This document shows positions 12,237 through 22,984 of a DNA stretch of 64,000 nucleotides, in pieces (position 1 is the first letter of the stretch; the number at the start of each line of letters is the position of its first letter). The stretch comes from Octopus sinensis (lineage: Eukaryota), in NCBI RefSeq assembly GCF_006345805.1, contig NC_043008.1, positions 63,240,001 through 63,304,000 on the forward strand, given 5' to 3'. Position numbers and translations under genes: made by a program. Under the pieces are notes generated by a model. It made no database searches and was not told the origin of the DNA. It was given only the letters and a program-made list of their open reading frames with translations.

Positions 12237-13610
12237 TATTTATGGACTAGGGACCCCCATCTTTGTCATTGCTATCACAGCATTTTGGATACTGTAGCAT
12301 TAGGATTTCTTCAAGTGCTTCTTGTATTCATTAATGATCCCAGAGTTTAATGCTAAACTCTTCATTAAATACATGAAGTTCGATTGTTTTCCTTTCACTG
12401 TCCATACCAGGTATAATACTATATCAATCATCCTTCACCTTGTTATGTTACATGCTCATTCTGTTTACACCTGGGTATAGGAACAGGCTGATAAATATTA
12501 GGGCAATATTTAAAAAAACTTTTCTACTAACTATGCTGAAACATAGCTGTAAGGATGAACAAAGACTCTAGAGAAGTATTAGTTATTGCATGGAAGCAAC
12601 ACTGGCAGATCATTGAAAATTAGATACTTTGTGGTATTTGTTTCAAATCATTACATTCGCAGTTCAAATCCAGCTGAGGTCAGTTTTGTTTTTCTTCCTT
12701 TCAGTTTTAATAAAATAAAGTACCAGTTAATTACTCCTCCCAAAATTCTGACCTTGTGCTTAAATCAGAAACAATTAATTATTGAAAGAAATCTGTTATA
12801 AATTTTGAGGATATTTTTATCTCTTCAAATTCCTTCCCTAATTTATTAAGAGCAATGATATCTCATTGTTCTAAGTAAATCAGAGATTGTCATGGCTATT
12901 GTTGTCAACTTGCAGCTCTGGTCAAGAGAAATATCATTCATCTCCTTCAATTACAAGGACCCAATGAAAGTCATATAGGCATAGCCCTGTTTAATATCAT
13001 TCACCATAATCATCATTTTAATGTCCACTTTTCCTTTCTCACATAAGCTTAGATGGAATTTGTTCTACAGATGGAAGCTTTTCCAGTCACCAACCCTAAT
13101 CTGTTTCAAAATATGGTAATATATCCCCATGACCAACCCTTATTTTTCATACTGGCAGAAAGACTGCCCTCCTGGTGGTTTTCTGCTGGTCAAACCTGGA
13201 GTGTGCATGTGTGTTTATATTACAGAGACAGTTTGTGTGGCAGGAGGGAGAGAGAGAGAGAGAACATTGCAAATAATGAATGAAATAAACATGAAATGAA
13301 AAAAATCCTATAAATAAAAGCTTGTTGAAAACTATCTCATATCAAATATTTAAATTTGTGAACTTGAAATATTTAATAATAAAAGGAAGTTCAGAAAGCA
13401 AATTTTCCTGAAAACTTCAATTTATAAAAAATCTCACTTGCTTAGTAAATATTTCTTTCAGTAATTTATCGCAGTTGCAATATATCTGTAATTTAAAGAA
13501 GCTTCAAGATAACCCCTGCATGTTTAGTTATTATTATTGTAAGGCTTATAGTATTCCAAACAGCCATACCAACAAAATCACTTGATATTTAAAAAAAAAA
13601 TTATACCAGT

Positions 13611-13772
13611 AGGCGCAGGAGTGGCTGTGTGGTAAGTAGCTTGCTAACCAACCACATGGTTCCGGGTTCAGTCCCACTGCATGGCATCTTGGGCAAGTGT
13701 CTTCTGCTATAGCCCTGAGCCGACCAGTGCCTTGTGAGTGAATTTGGTAGACGGAAACTGAAAGAAGCCTGT

Positions 13773-13810
<38 letters not shown>

Positions 13811-14040
13811 TGTGTGTGTATATGTTTGTGTGTCTGTGTTTGTCCCCCTAGCATTGCTTGACAACCGAAGCTGGTGTGTTTACATCCCCATCACTTAGCG
13901 GTTCGGCAAAAGAGACTGATAGAATAAGTACTGGGCTTACAAAGAATAAGTCCCGGGGTCGATTTGCTTGACTAAAGGCGGTGCTCCAGCATGGCTGCAG
14001 TCAAATGACTGAAACAAGTAAAAGAGTAAAAGAGAGAGAG
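13611..14040 (+). mobile_element. SINE family B, full length
   Basis: aggcgcaggagtggctgtgtgg head, gggttcagtccc B box, cttgggcaagtg CORE-like segment, (TA)n and an agtaaaagag tail. Confidence 0.9.
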
Positions 14041-14194
14041 TAAACCATATCTTGGAAACCATATCTTTTGGCCAGGTTGGTATCGAAAGGATTAAGTGCA
14101 AAGTAGTTTTCTTGTTTTTTTTTGAATGGATGAACAAAAGCTCTCTGCCAACCATCTATTTGATGATAATAGTAAACCTTTCTTAATTGTTTTT

Positions 14195-14569
14195 CATTTT
14201 TTTGATACCAGCCTGCCTTATACCACTCCCAGTTCTATGTTATGAATTTCTTGTTTTAAAGAGAACTAAATCAAAATCTCCAATCAAAATTTAAGCTTCT
14301 CAAAACCCTTTTGAAATGAATCCACATGAAACTGCTCCTGGTTCCATAATAAATCTTATTGCTTTTAAATTATCTTAATTAAAACCTTCAATCAAAATGT
14401 CATATTAATTTATATTCCAAATACTAGCTTCATAAGAGCAAAGTGTTTGAACATAAATTATCATTAAATTTTGATGGAATGTTTTAATTAAGACCATTTT
14501 AAAAACAGTGAGTTTTTATCAAAGAACCAAGAAAGGGCAGATTCAGGCAGTCTGGAATTAAAAAGGTTA
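14195..14569. mobile_element. Putative non-autonomous DNA element (piggyBac-like TTAA end)
   Basis: Imperfect TIRs: ttttgataccagcctgcct versus the reverse complement of the right end, ttttaattccagactgcct. The right end terminates in ggTTAA. A related end lies at ~14075-14097. Confidence 0.45.
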
Positions 14570-14720
14570 AGAGGAGCTTTTTCATTATTTTCAAACCTAA
14601 TTGAAATAAAGACAGTGTATTTCAACAGAAATATAGGAACAAAAAACGTTAATAACTTCTAACTAAAAGACATCGTATACCTTTGTATTGTACTGAAGAT
14701 GTATTTTGGTTTTTCTTTAG

Positions 14721-14774
14721 CTTGCAGCACTAGTATTTCTGGGAATTCTGTTCATACTCTACAAAGAAATTGCA
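14721..14774 (+). CDS. Weak candidate exon (LAALVFLGILFILYKEIA, transmembrane-like)
   Basis: Strong acceptor ttttggtttttctttag and a hydrophobic phase-0 reading, but the donor (gtgtag) is poor. Confidence 0.2.
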
Positions 14775-14942
14775 GTGTAGTTTGTAATTACTTTTGATAA
14801 CCTACTACCCCGATTTGTTTCTGATGAGTGAAAGATAATCTCTGTGGAGTAATTAAGATATATTTAATCAAAAGACACTTCACCTTAACAGACTAAAATA
14901 GTTCTGCTAACCTATTACAGAAAGTTTCTCCTTTTCCTTCAG

Positions 14943-15035
14943 GATTTTGGTACAATTAAGAACCACAAAGTACAGACAATTTCTTTCAAGATGATTCATC
15001 AGTTTTCTCTGCTTTACAACACATGCAAAAATATA
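14943..15035 (+). CDS. Candidate exon (DFGTIKNHKVQTISFKMIHQFSLLYNTCKNI)
   Basis: Strong acceptor tttctccttttccttcag, 93 nt open in phase 0, moderate donor gtattg. Confidence 0.3.
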
Positions 15036-15117
15036 GTATTGCTTTTAAAATAGCTACTAATTTAATTATTGCCAACATAGCAATCAAGTTATGTCTTCTA
15101 ATTTGTTGCTTTTATAG

Positions 15118-15135
15118 CAAGGGAATTTACTGAAG
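15118..15135 (+). CDS. Candidate 18-nt microexon (QGNLLK in phase 0)
   Basis: tttgttgcttttatag|CAAGGGAATTTACTGAAG|gtaagg: both splice sites are strong and the length preserves frame. Confidence 0.45.
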
Positions 15136-15736
15136 GTAAGGAGAATAATTCCAAAGAGTACAAAATACTATATTCCAGTAACTATTTCCATATTGGAAAT
15201 ATTTCAATCGAAAAGTGTCTTCTCATAACATTAACCAACCATAATTATTATTTGAAGTTTATGACTTAGAAAAAGAAACTATCCTCTAATTTGTTCATGA
15301 GAAGTTAACGAAGAAAGTAATTAATACTTGCCTCTTGTTATAATTGCGCCTAATTTAGGCACTAAACCAATAGTTTCAAGGAAATGATTTTATCCAATAC
15401 CATTTACTCGGTACTAAAATAGTACTTTATTTAATGACCCTGAAAGGATGAAAAACAAATTTGACCCCAGCAGGATTTGAACTCTGAACATTACAATGTT
15501 GTTTCTAATAGAATTTTTCAGAAACTAGCATCATGAGTAATTAACATAATGCATCATCTAGGATAATTGTTTGGCCTTATTATATGGTACCTTTAAGGTG
15601 GTGAACTGGTAGAAACATTAGTACGATAAGTAAAATGCTTGGAGGTGATTTGTCCATCTTTAAGTTTTGAGCCAAAATTCTGCCAAGGTTGACTCTGTTT
15701 CTTGTCCTTTCAGGATCGATTAATTAAGTACTTTGC

Positions 15737-17200
15737 ACTGTGCATGATACCACTAACACTGATTCTGAGGAAAGCAAAGGCTGGGTGTGTATTCAAAAGC
15801 CGCCAACAGAAAGTCAACCACTTGTTATTCATGGATGACTTCAAACTTTATTGTAAAGATGAAGCCCAAGTAGGTTCCCTCATTGATACGGTGTATACTT
15901 TCAGTGCTTGTATTAGAATGGGGTTCGGACTGGAAAAAGTATGGTGTGTTAATCTTGGAGAGAGGCAAAAATCAAATGTAAGTATGGATGGGCTAGTGAC
16001 ACAAATGGGGGAGGTTATGAAGTAGATAGCAGAGACAGGTTATAAGTACTTGGGGATATTGGAAATGAATAAATTGATGGAGAAAAAATGACAGAAAAAT
16101 TTAAGATGGAGTATTGAGACCTTAAAACTTAAAAGGAGAGAATAAGATTGAAGCTATCAACACCTGGGGGGGGGTTCACTCCTTAGATATGAAGCAGAGG
16201 TAATCACATGGAGAGTGGACGAACTAAACAGCTTAGACAGAAAGACTAGAAAGTTACTGACTAGATATGAGATACTCCACCCAAAAAGTGATACAGACAG
16301 ACTATATGTACCAAGAAAAAGAAGGCAAAAGGACTGATTGGATGTGAACACAGCATTAGAGCAGAAGAAAAAAAACATAGCATGGTAGGTAAAAAATTCC
16401 ACAGAACTGCTATTATTGGAAGTAAGAAGGTAAGGCTTGCGTAGGATGAAAGATTGCAAAGATAAAGCAATGTACAAGCAATTGAGAATGAATGAAACTG
16501 AAAATAGGTGGATAAAGAAAAGAATGCATGGAAATTTCATAGGGGACAGAGAAAAAAAAGATGGCTATAGATGACTAAAAGGGATTTAAAACCGGAAATA
16601 GAGGCTTTAATCTGAGCTGCCCAAGAGCAAGCATTAACAACAAATTACATCAAATACAAGAATAGACAAAACATCAGAAAGTAATGAGTGCAGAATTTGT
16701 GGACAAAATGGTTAAGCCGTATGACATATTACCAGTCAATGTATGCCACTAACCAGCAAAGAATACAAGAGACATCATGACAACATAGCAAGGATTGTCC
16801 ATTGGACATTTTGCAACAAGTATGGACTTGACAGAGCAAAAAAGTGGTATGAACATAAACCAGAAGGCATCATTGAAAATGATAATGCAAAGACCCTATG
16901 GGATTTTATGATTCAGTGCGCCCTTGAGAGAGAGAGAATAGGAAACCAAACATAGTGTTAATTGAGAAAGAAAGCAATAGATTCTGAATCATCGATATAG
17001 CATGCCCAGCTGACAGCAAAGTATGCAATAAAGAGCAAAGAAAATTGATAGATATGACAGGTTAGCTTGGGAGGTTAAGCAGTAGTGGTCACTACAAAAG
17101 ATGGTAGTAGTATCAATAATTGTCAGAGCCCTGGGAACAATAAATAAAAATCTTGAGAAGTACATGGAATAAATAGGGGCTGCAATAAGGGTGGAGCACA
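15737..17200 (+). mobile_element. R4/Dong-clade non-LTR retrotransposon relic (RT, zinc knuckle, restriction-like endonuclease)
   Basis: Reads LCMIPLTLILRK...VNHLLFMDDFKLY (RT core), CRICGQ...HITSQC (zinc knuckle), EYKRHHDNIARIVHW, WYEHKPEGIIEN and KPNIV...IIDIACPAD. Multiple stops and frameshifts. Confidence 0.9.
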
Positions 17201-17209
17201 TGCAGAAAA

Positions 17210-17425
17210 CAAGGTGCCATGTAAAAAGCATTGATGTGGGTGCTGGTGCTACATAAAAAGTGTTAGTGCTGGTGCCACTTAAAAATCACTGGTGATAGTG
17301 TTGCATAAAACACACCCAGTACATTCTGTGGAATGGTTGGCATTGGGAAGGGCATCCAGCTGTAGAAACCAAACCAAAACAGATTATGGAATCTGGTGTG
17401 GCCCCTGACCTTTTCAGTTCCTGAC
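17210..17425 (+). mobile_element. RTE 3' tail fragment (family C)
   Basis: ggttggcattgggaagggcatccagctgtagaaacc motif. Confidence 0.7.
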
Positions 17426-17435
17426 AGACTGCAGT

Positions 17436-17905
17436 CTTTGATCATATTTCTGTTCAATCAAGACTAACCTAGAGCTAAATAACTGCAACAAATATTTGTC
17501 CATGTATACCAGTGGGCGTAGTACAGATGTCACTGGCAAAAAAATCTGCTTGACCTGAGAAGTCAACCTATAATGACCTAAATGGAACACCTTTTGATCA
17601 TACATTTGTTCAATCAAGACAAACCTGGGGGCTGAACAATAACAACAACAACAACAAATATTTGACCTCGTGTAGGGTGGTGTATGACAGATGTTGCTGA
17701 CGGAAATGTGTTTCACTTGAGAAGTCAATTTATAACGACTACAATAGAATGCTCTTTGATCATGTTTGACTTTGACTAAGAGTAACCCGGGGCTAAATAA
17801 AAATAACAGCAACGAGAAATATTCAACCAGGGTGGTGTAGGACAGATCTTACAGACTAAAATGTGCTTGACCTGAGAGGTCAAGCCACACTGACCAAAAT
17901 AGAAC
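17436..17905. repeat. Diverged ~156-162-bp tandem repeat, 3 copies
   Basis: The anchor (c/t)tttgatcat recurs at 17436, 17592 and 17754; cttgacctgagaagtcaa-like and aaatatt motifs recur in register. Confidence 0.8.
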
Positions 17906-18470
17906 GAATGTTTTTTTTCCCCCCTGCAAATATATAGCCTTGAAGATGTCCTTCTCATCAATTATTAGTGCTGCAGCCATCTTAACACCATATGACAGGT
18001 TAAAAATTTTAAATTACTAATGTCTTTATGATATTTCATTGTTTCACTGAGGATATTTGGCAAAGGGCAAAATCAAGTCTAGCATTAGATTATGCTTTCA
18101 ATGCATTTTCACTTACAATGAATGATATCCAAGTTTTTGAGTTTTAACCTTTTCACAGATTTTTCTATAATCATATTTTGATCACAGATTTCCTCTAAAA
18201 AAAATTTCTTCTAAAGCTTCTGAATAATACCTCTTTTTTTATAATTCAAATATCTGGAAATCGTATTGATATTTGTGAAAGGTTGGTCCTTCATATCACA
18301 GACTTTTGAATTCTCGTCTCCAAATCACAATACAAATTCTGACTATGACATTTAGACAACATGATATTATCAATCCTGATAAAGAACGTAAAACATATGT
18401 GGCAGCCTCAACAGTAATAGATAAATGGATGAACAGATAAACAAATAAACATCGGCTTCACTCTAAGTAA

Positions 18471-19164
18471 TATTTATTTCTTTATTGCCCACAGGGGCCT
18501 AAACAGAGGAGACAAACAAGGACAAAGGGATTAAGTCGATTATATCGACTCCAGTGTGTAACTGGTACTTATTTAATCGACCCCAAAAGGATAAACAGCA
18601 AAGTCATCCTTGGCAGAATTTGAACTTAGAACATAACAGTAGACAAAACACCACTAAGCATTTCACCTGGCGTGCTAACAATTCTGCCAGCTTGCCACAC
18701 TCTAAGTAATATTGGTTTCAAATTTTGGCACAAGGCCAGCAAGTTTTGGAGGATGGGCTAAGTTTATTACACTGACCCCAGTGTTTAACTGGTACTTATT
18801 TTATCAACCCTGAAAGGATGAAAGGTGAGGTTGACTGTGGTAGAATTTGAACTCAGAATATAAAGACGGATGCTGTGCCACAAAGCATTTTGCCTGGTAT
18901 GCTAATGATTCTGCCAGCTTGCTCCCTTTACATTCTATGTAATACTGATTTCAGATTTTGACACAAGGCCAGCAAATTCAGGAGAGGAAATGAGTCCTTT
19001 TTACATTGACCTGAGTGCTGAACAGATACTTATTTTTTTGACCCCGAACAGATGAAAGGTAAAATCGACTTAGGCAGAATTTGAACTCAGAACATCAAGA
19101 CAGATGCAGTGCCACTAATCATTTTGCCCTGTGTACTAACGGTTCTGCCAGCTCATCACCTTAG
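18471..19164 (-). mobile_element. Three consecutive SINE family A copies
   Basis: Three reverse-oriented units at ~18471-18699, 18712-18929 and 18946-19164, each with gaatttgaact(c)aga and ctgccagct. Confidence 0.8.
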
Positions 19165-19256
19165 CCATTCTATGTAATAATATTGGTATCAGCACTGGTT
19201 TCAATTCCTGAACTGGGTGATATGTTGTGTTCTTGAGCAAAACACTTCATTTCATA

Positions 19257-19476
19257 TAAGGTAGCACGCTGGCAGAAATGTTAGTATGCAGGGTAAAATG
19301 CTTAGTGGTATTCCATCTATTTTTGTTTTCTGAGTTCAAATTCTGGCGAGGTCAACTTTGCCTTTCATCCTTTTGTGGTCGATAAATTAAGTACCAGTTG
19401 CATACTGGGGTCGATATAATCGACTGGTCCCCTCCCCAAAAATTTCGGGCCTTGTGCTTAGAGTAGAAAAGAATAT
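19257..19476 (+). mobile_element. SINE family A copy
   Basis: aaggtagcacgctggcagaaatgttag head and ttctgagttcaaattc body. Confidence 0.8.
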
Positions 19477-19614
19477 TGATATCAGCACTTATGCAAAAAA
19501 AGGACCCAATACAGCTTTCAGAAATATGCAAAATACTAGTAAGCCAACTCCCTTGTAGGTCACCAAGTCTATGTAGTGTACAATAAAAACACTTCTAAAA
19601 TTTGCTATTTTCAG

Positions 19615-19795
19615 AATGGAGTGCTGCATGGATCCAGTCACTTGCTGATTAAATTTCAACCATACCCCAAACATACACCATGCACTGATGCACAACCAAT
19701 CAATCCTTACTTAGATCACCTTGAGTTCGACCTCCAAATTTACAGACTTAATGTAGAAGCTATTAATCATCTGTCTCCCTCCTTACCAGCTCAAG
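19615..19795 (+). CDS. Internal coding exon of an unidentified host gene (NGVLHGSSHLLIKFQPYPKHTPCTDAQPINPYLDHLEFDLQIYRLNVEAINHLSPSLPAQ)
   Basis: Acceptor tttgctattttcag at 19614, 181 nt open in non-repetitive sequence with protein-like composition, and strong donor AAG|gtaaga at 19796. Protein family not recognised. Confidence 0.65.
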
Positions 19796-19924
19796 GTAAG
19801 ACTCAACTAAGCCATATTTCCTAATACAATGTGAAGAGAGAAAAACAAATTGCTTAGTATATATTTCCATAACATATCTCATCATCAGAGACTGTTAACT
19901 AGCCATAACCCCTGATGCAACATA

Positions 19925-20151
19925 ACTCTCTTTACTCTTTTACTTGTTTCAGTTATTTGACTGTGGCCATGCTGGAGCACCACCTTTAGTCAAGCAAATC
20001 GACCCCAGTACTTATTCTTTGTAAGCCTAGTACTTATTCTATCAGTCTCTTTTTCCAAACCGCTAAGTTACGGGGATGTAAACACACCAGTATTGGTTGT
20101 CGAGAGATGTTGAGGGGACAAACACAGACACACAAATATATACACACACAC

Positions 20152-20191
<40 letters not shown>

Positions 20192-20326
20192 TACGATGGG
20201 CTCCTTTCAGTTTCCGTCTACCAAATTCACTCACAAGGCTTTGGTTGGCCTGAGGCTATAGTAGAAGACACTTACCCAAGGTGTCATGCAGTAGGACTGA
20301 ACCCGGAGCCATGTGGTTGGTAAGCA
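19925..20326 (-). mobile_element. SINE family B
   Basis: Colinear with the other family B copies; lacks about 25 nt of the head. Confidence 0.85.
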
Positions 20327-20719
20327 ACATAAGGAAACAACAAAAGCATGGTTTGGTGTATATTTATAGCAGAATTTATATAAATTGATGTGTAGTTGTT
20401 ATTGTTCTCATTTAGCCCCAAATCACCTTTGAATGAGCACATCTGTAATCAAAAAAATTCCAGGTGTGACCAACTAACCAACCAACCAATCAAACGAATT
20501 TTTGTTCTTCATTTTTTTTTTTTTAATTCTGAGTATGATATACCTGAACTTGTTCATTCCATATGTTCTGTTTTTAAGATGACACATTAAGATGTGAAAG
20601 TGATTTAGCTTCTTTTGTATTTTAAAATGCTAGGCAACTACGTAGCAGTTCTTTTGTATGATTATATGTAGTGTCATAGTTATTCGTCAAAATATAGATT
20701 TTTTTTTTCCTTCTTTTAG

Positions 20720-20748
20720 AATGTAAGCTGCTTCAGTTCAAAACCTGA
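20720..20748 (+). CDS. Candidate terminal coding exon (E-CKLLQFKT*) or 3-nt microexon
   Basis: Strong acceptor ttttttccttcttttag. The phase-1 reading is compatible with exon 19615-19795 and ends at TGA 20746-20748, with AATAAA downstream (~21007, ~21213). AAT|gtaagc also forms a donor. Confidence 0.3.
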
Positions 20749-20749
20749 T

Positions 20750-20950
20750 ATTTAGACTGAAATCAAATTTTATTATAAAACACTTTTTGGTTAATAACTG
20801 TGCTATTTAAACTAAAATCTGATCTTACTTTAAAGCTCACTTTATGCTCTGTATCTGTGCTATTTGGACTAAAATCTGTTTTTATTATAAAACTCTTTTT
20901 TACTCAGTATCTATGTTATTTAGAGAAAAATGTCATTTTGTCATAATACT
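20750..20950. repeat. Diverged ~56-bp tandem repeat, about 4 copies
   Basis: Units begin attt(ag/aa/gg)act(g/a)aaatc and end (c)tgtgct/tatgtt. Confidence 0.6.
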
Positions 20951-21301
20951 CTCTCTCTCTGCGGTTTCTTATCTTTGGAAACCAGCACAAATATTGTAAT
21001 GCTGAAATAAATTTGTTTAAATTTGTCAGAATTATGAAAGTCAAGTCTAGATTAGTAACCGTAAAAGAAAGATCTAATAAAACATAACATTAATTAACAG
21101 AAACTCATTAACTTATATGATGTGTCACTAATTTCTTTGGCCGTCATAAATGTCTGTTGATATTGATTAATATGCTAACATACGGAACTATTTCGTCATT
21201 TATGGCAGAATAATAAACAAGTTCCTTGATTGATATGAACTTCACCTCATTACACAATGTATAATTGCTAATCAACTTATATTATTTTGCTTACAATATG
21301 A

Positions 21302-21611
21302 TTAGTTTTTATGAAGACACAAACATCTTTCATTAAGACATGGTACATTATTCAGATAAATCAGCAAAATTTTTCTGAACAAACCTGTGAATAGATAATC
21401 ATTAATCTCAGAGCTGAGATATTTCCAGCCATTATTTCTTGCGTGATCTTTCTTCATAAGAACAAAGATATTTATCAATGCCATTATACTGATGAGAGCA
21501 GCGTTCTTTTCATTTGATAAGGAATACAATATCCTTGGTAATCGAATATTTTCAAAGAACTGACAACATATTGTAAAGATATCATGATAAAAGCAACTTA
21601 CCAAGCCATAC
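21302..21611 (-). CDS. Possible exon (…FFENIRLPRILYSLSNEKNAALISIMALINIFVLMKKDH…)
   Basis: About 103 open codons in unique AT-rich DNA, with plausible acceptors at 21611 or 21559. An ORF of this length could also arise by chance. Confidence 0.3.
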
Positions 21612-21659
21612 CTATACACACAAAGTGAGAACGTGTATTTATGCTAGACTGGAAAAATG

Positions 21660-22070
21660 TATGTTGATGATAATGATGCTGGTGATGATGATAATGATGA
21701 TGATGATGATGATGATGATGACAATGATGATGAGGAGGAGTATGATTATGATGACGATGGGGTGTGATGATGGGGAGGTGATGGTGATGATGATAATGAT
21801 GACGACGGTGGTGGTGGTGATGATGATGGTGATGATGGTGATGATGATGATGATGATGGGGTGTGCTGATGGGGAGGTGATGGTGATGATGATGATGATA
21901 ATGATGATGATGACAATGATGACAATGATGACGACGGTGGTGGTGGTGGTGGTGGTGGTGAGGATGATGATGATGATGATGATGACGATGATGGTGATGG
22001 TGATAATGATGATGATGATGAAGATGATGGTGGTGATATTGGAGGAAGATGATGATGATGATGGCAGATG
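21660..22070. repeat. (GAT/GGT)n compound microsatellite with an internal ~110-bp duplication
   Basis: The segment ggggtgtg(a/c)tgatggggaggtgatggtg occurs twice within the (GAT)n array. Confidence 0.85.
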
Positions 22071-22369
22071 AGTGATTTCAGTGAAGAGAAGAAGAGAATG
22101 TCAAAACTTAGTAATTAGTTATTGTATTAAAAAAATAATAATTGCAAAGTGTGACTAATGCATTTGTAATTATATGTAACTGATAAGTAAAAATTACTGA
22201 AGCAGGTGTGTTCTTGGAGATAAGACAAAACTTGGCTGATTTTTCATTAACCATATCTATAGCGTGAAGAGGATTGATGTCATTTCATGGACATTGATAT
22301 ATCTCTTAGCTTTAAATTATGTTAGTATAGCAGTTAGTGCAGACTAACTGTTTCAGATTGATTAAAAAC

Positions 22370-22477
22370 AAAGTCATCATCATCATCGTCTTCATCATTG
22401 TCATCTTCAGCTTTGTCATCATCAACATCATTATTGTCGTCATTTTTGTCATCGTCATCATCATTGTCATCTTCGTC

Positions 22478-22516
<39 letters not shown>

Positions 22517-22604
22517 GTTGTCATAGTCATCTTCATCTTTGTCATCATCAACATCATTGTCGTCGTCATCGTTGTCGTCGTCGTCGTCATCATCGTCATC
22601 ATCG

Positions 22605-22635
<31 letters not shown>

Positions 22636-22940
22636 AATACTAAATCATCGTCAGTGTCGTCTTCGTCTTTGTAATCATCAACATCATTGCTGTAGTCATT
22701 GTTGTCATTGCTGTCATCATCATGATCATCATCGTCATTTTCGTCTTCATCATCATCATCATCATCCTCATTGTGATCTTCGTATTTGTCCTCATCAACA
22801 TCATCGTCATCATCATTGTCAGCATTGTCGTCATCATTCTGATCATCATCATTGTCATCTTCATCTTCATCATCATCATCATCATCATCTTCATCATTGT
22901 CATCTTCATCTTTGTCATCATCAACATCATTGTCATCATC
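22370..22940. repeat. (CAT/CGT/CTT)n compound microsatellite with higher-order units
   Basis: Recurring catcattgtcatcttc...tttgtcatcatcaacatcatt units. Confidence 0.85.
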
Positions 22941-22984
22941 GTTGAAGGAGCTACCAAGGGCAGTCAGCTTTAAATTACTTTGTT

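Noticed and set aside
12401-12483. Terminal pairing tccataccaggt/acctgggtatagga
   Set aside because: A short imperfect stem around an unpaired ~50-nt interior, with no snoRNA boxes or miRNA-like duplex.
13611-13685. tRNA gene-like heads (also 31238, 34978, 42135)
   Set aside because: A and B boxes are present but there is no full cloverleaf or acceptor stem, and they run into SINE bodies.
14821-14845. CTGATGA-GT-GAAA motif (hammerhead or box C-like)
   Set aside because: There is no stem II or stem I pairing, and no downstream box D at a suitable distance.
21625-22071. Met-rich ORF superficially like reflectin
   Set aside because: It is a pure (GAT/GGT)n translation, with no reflectin MD-X5-MD motif or Tyr/Arg content.
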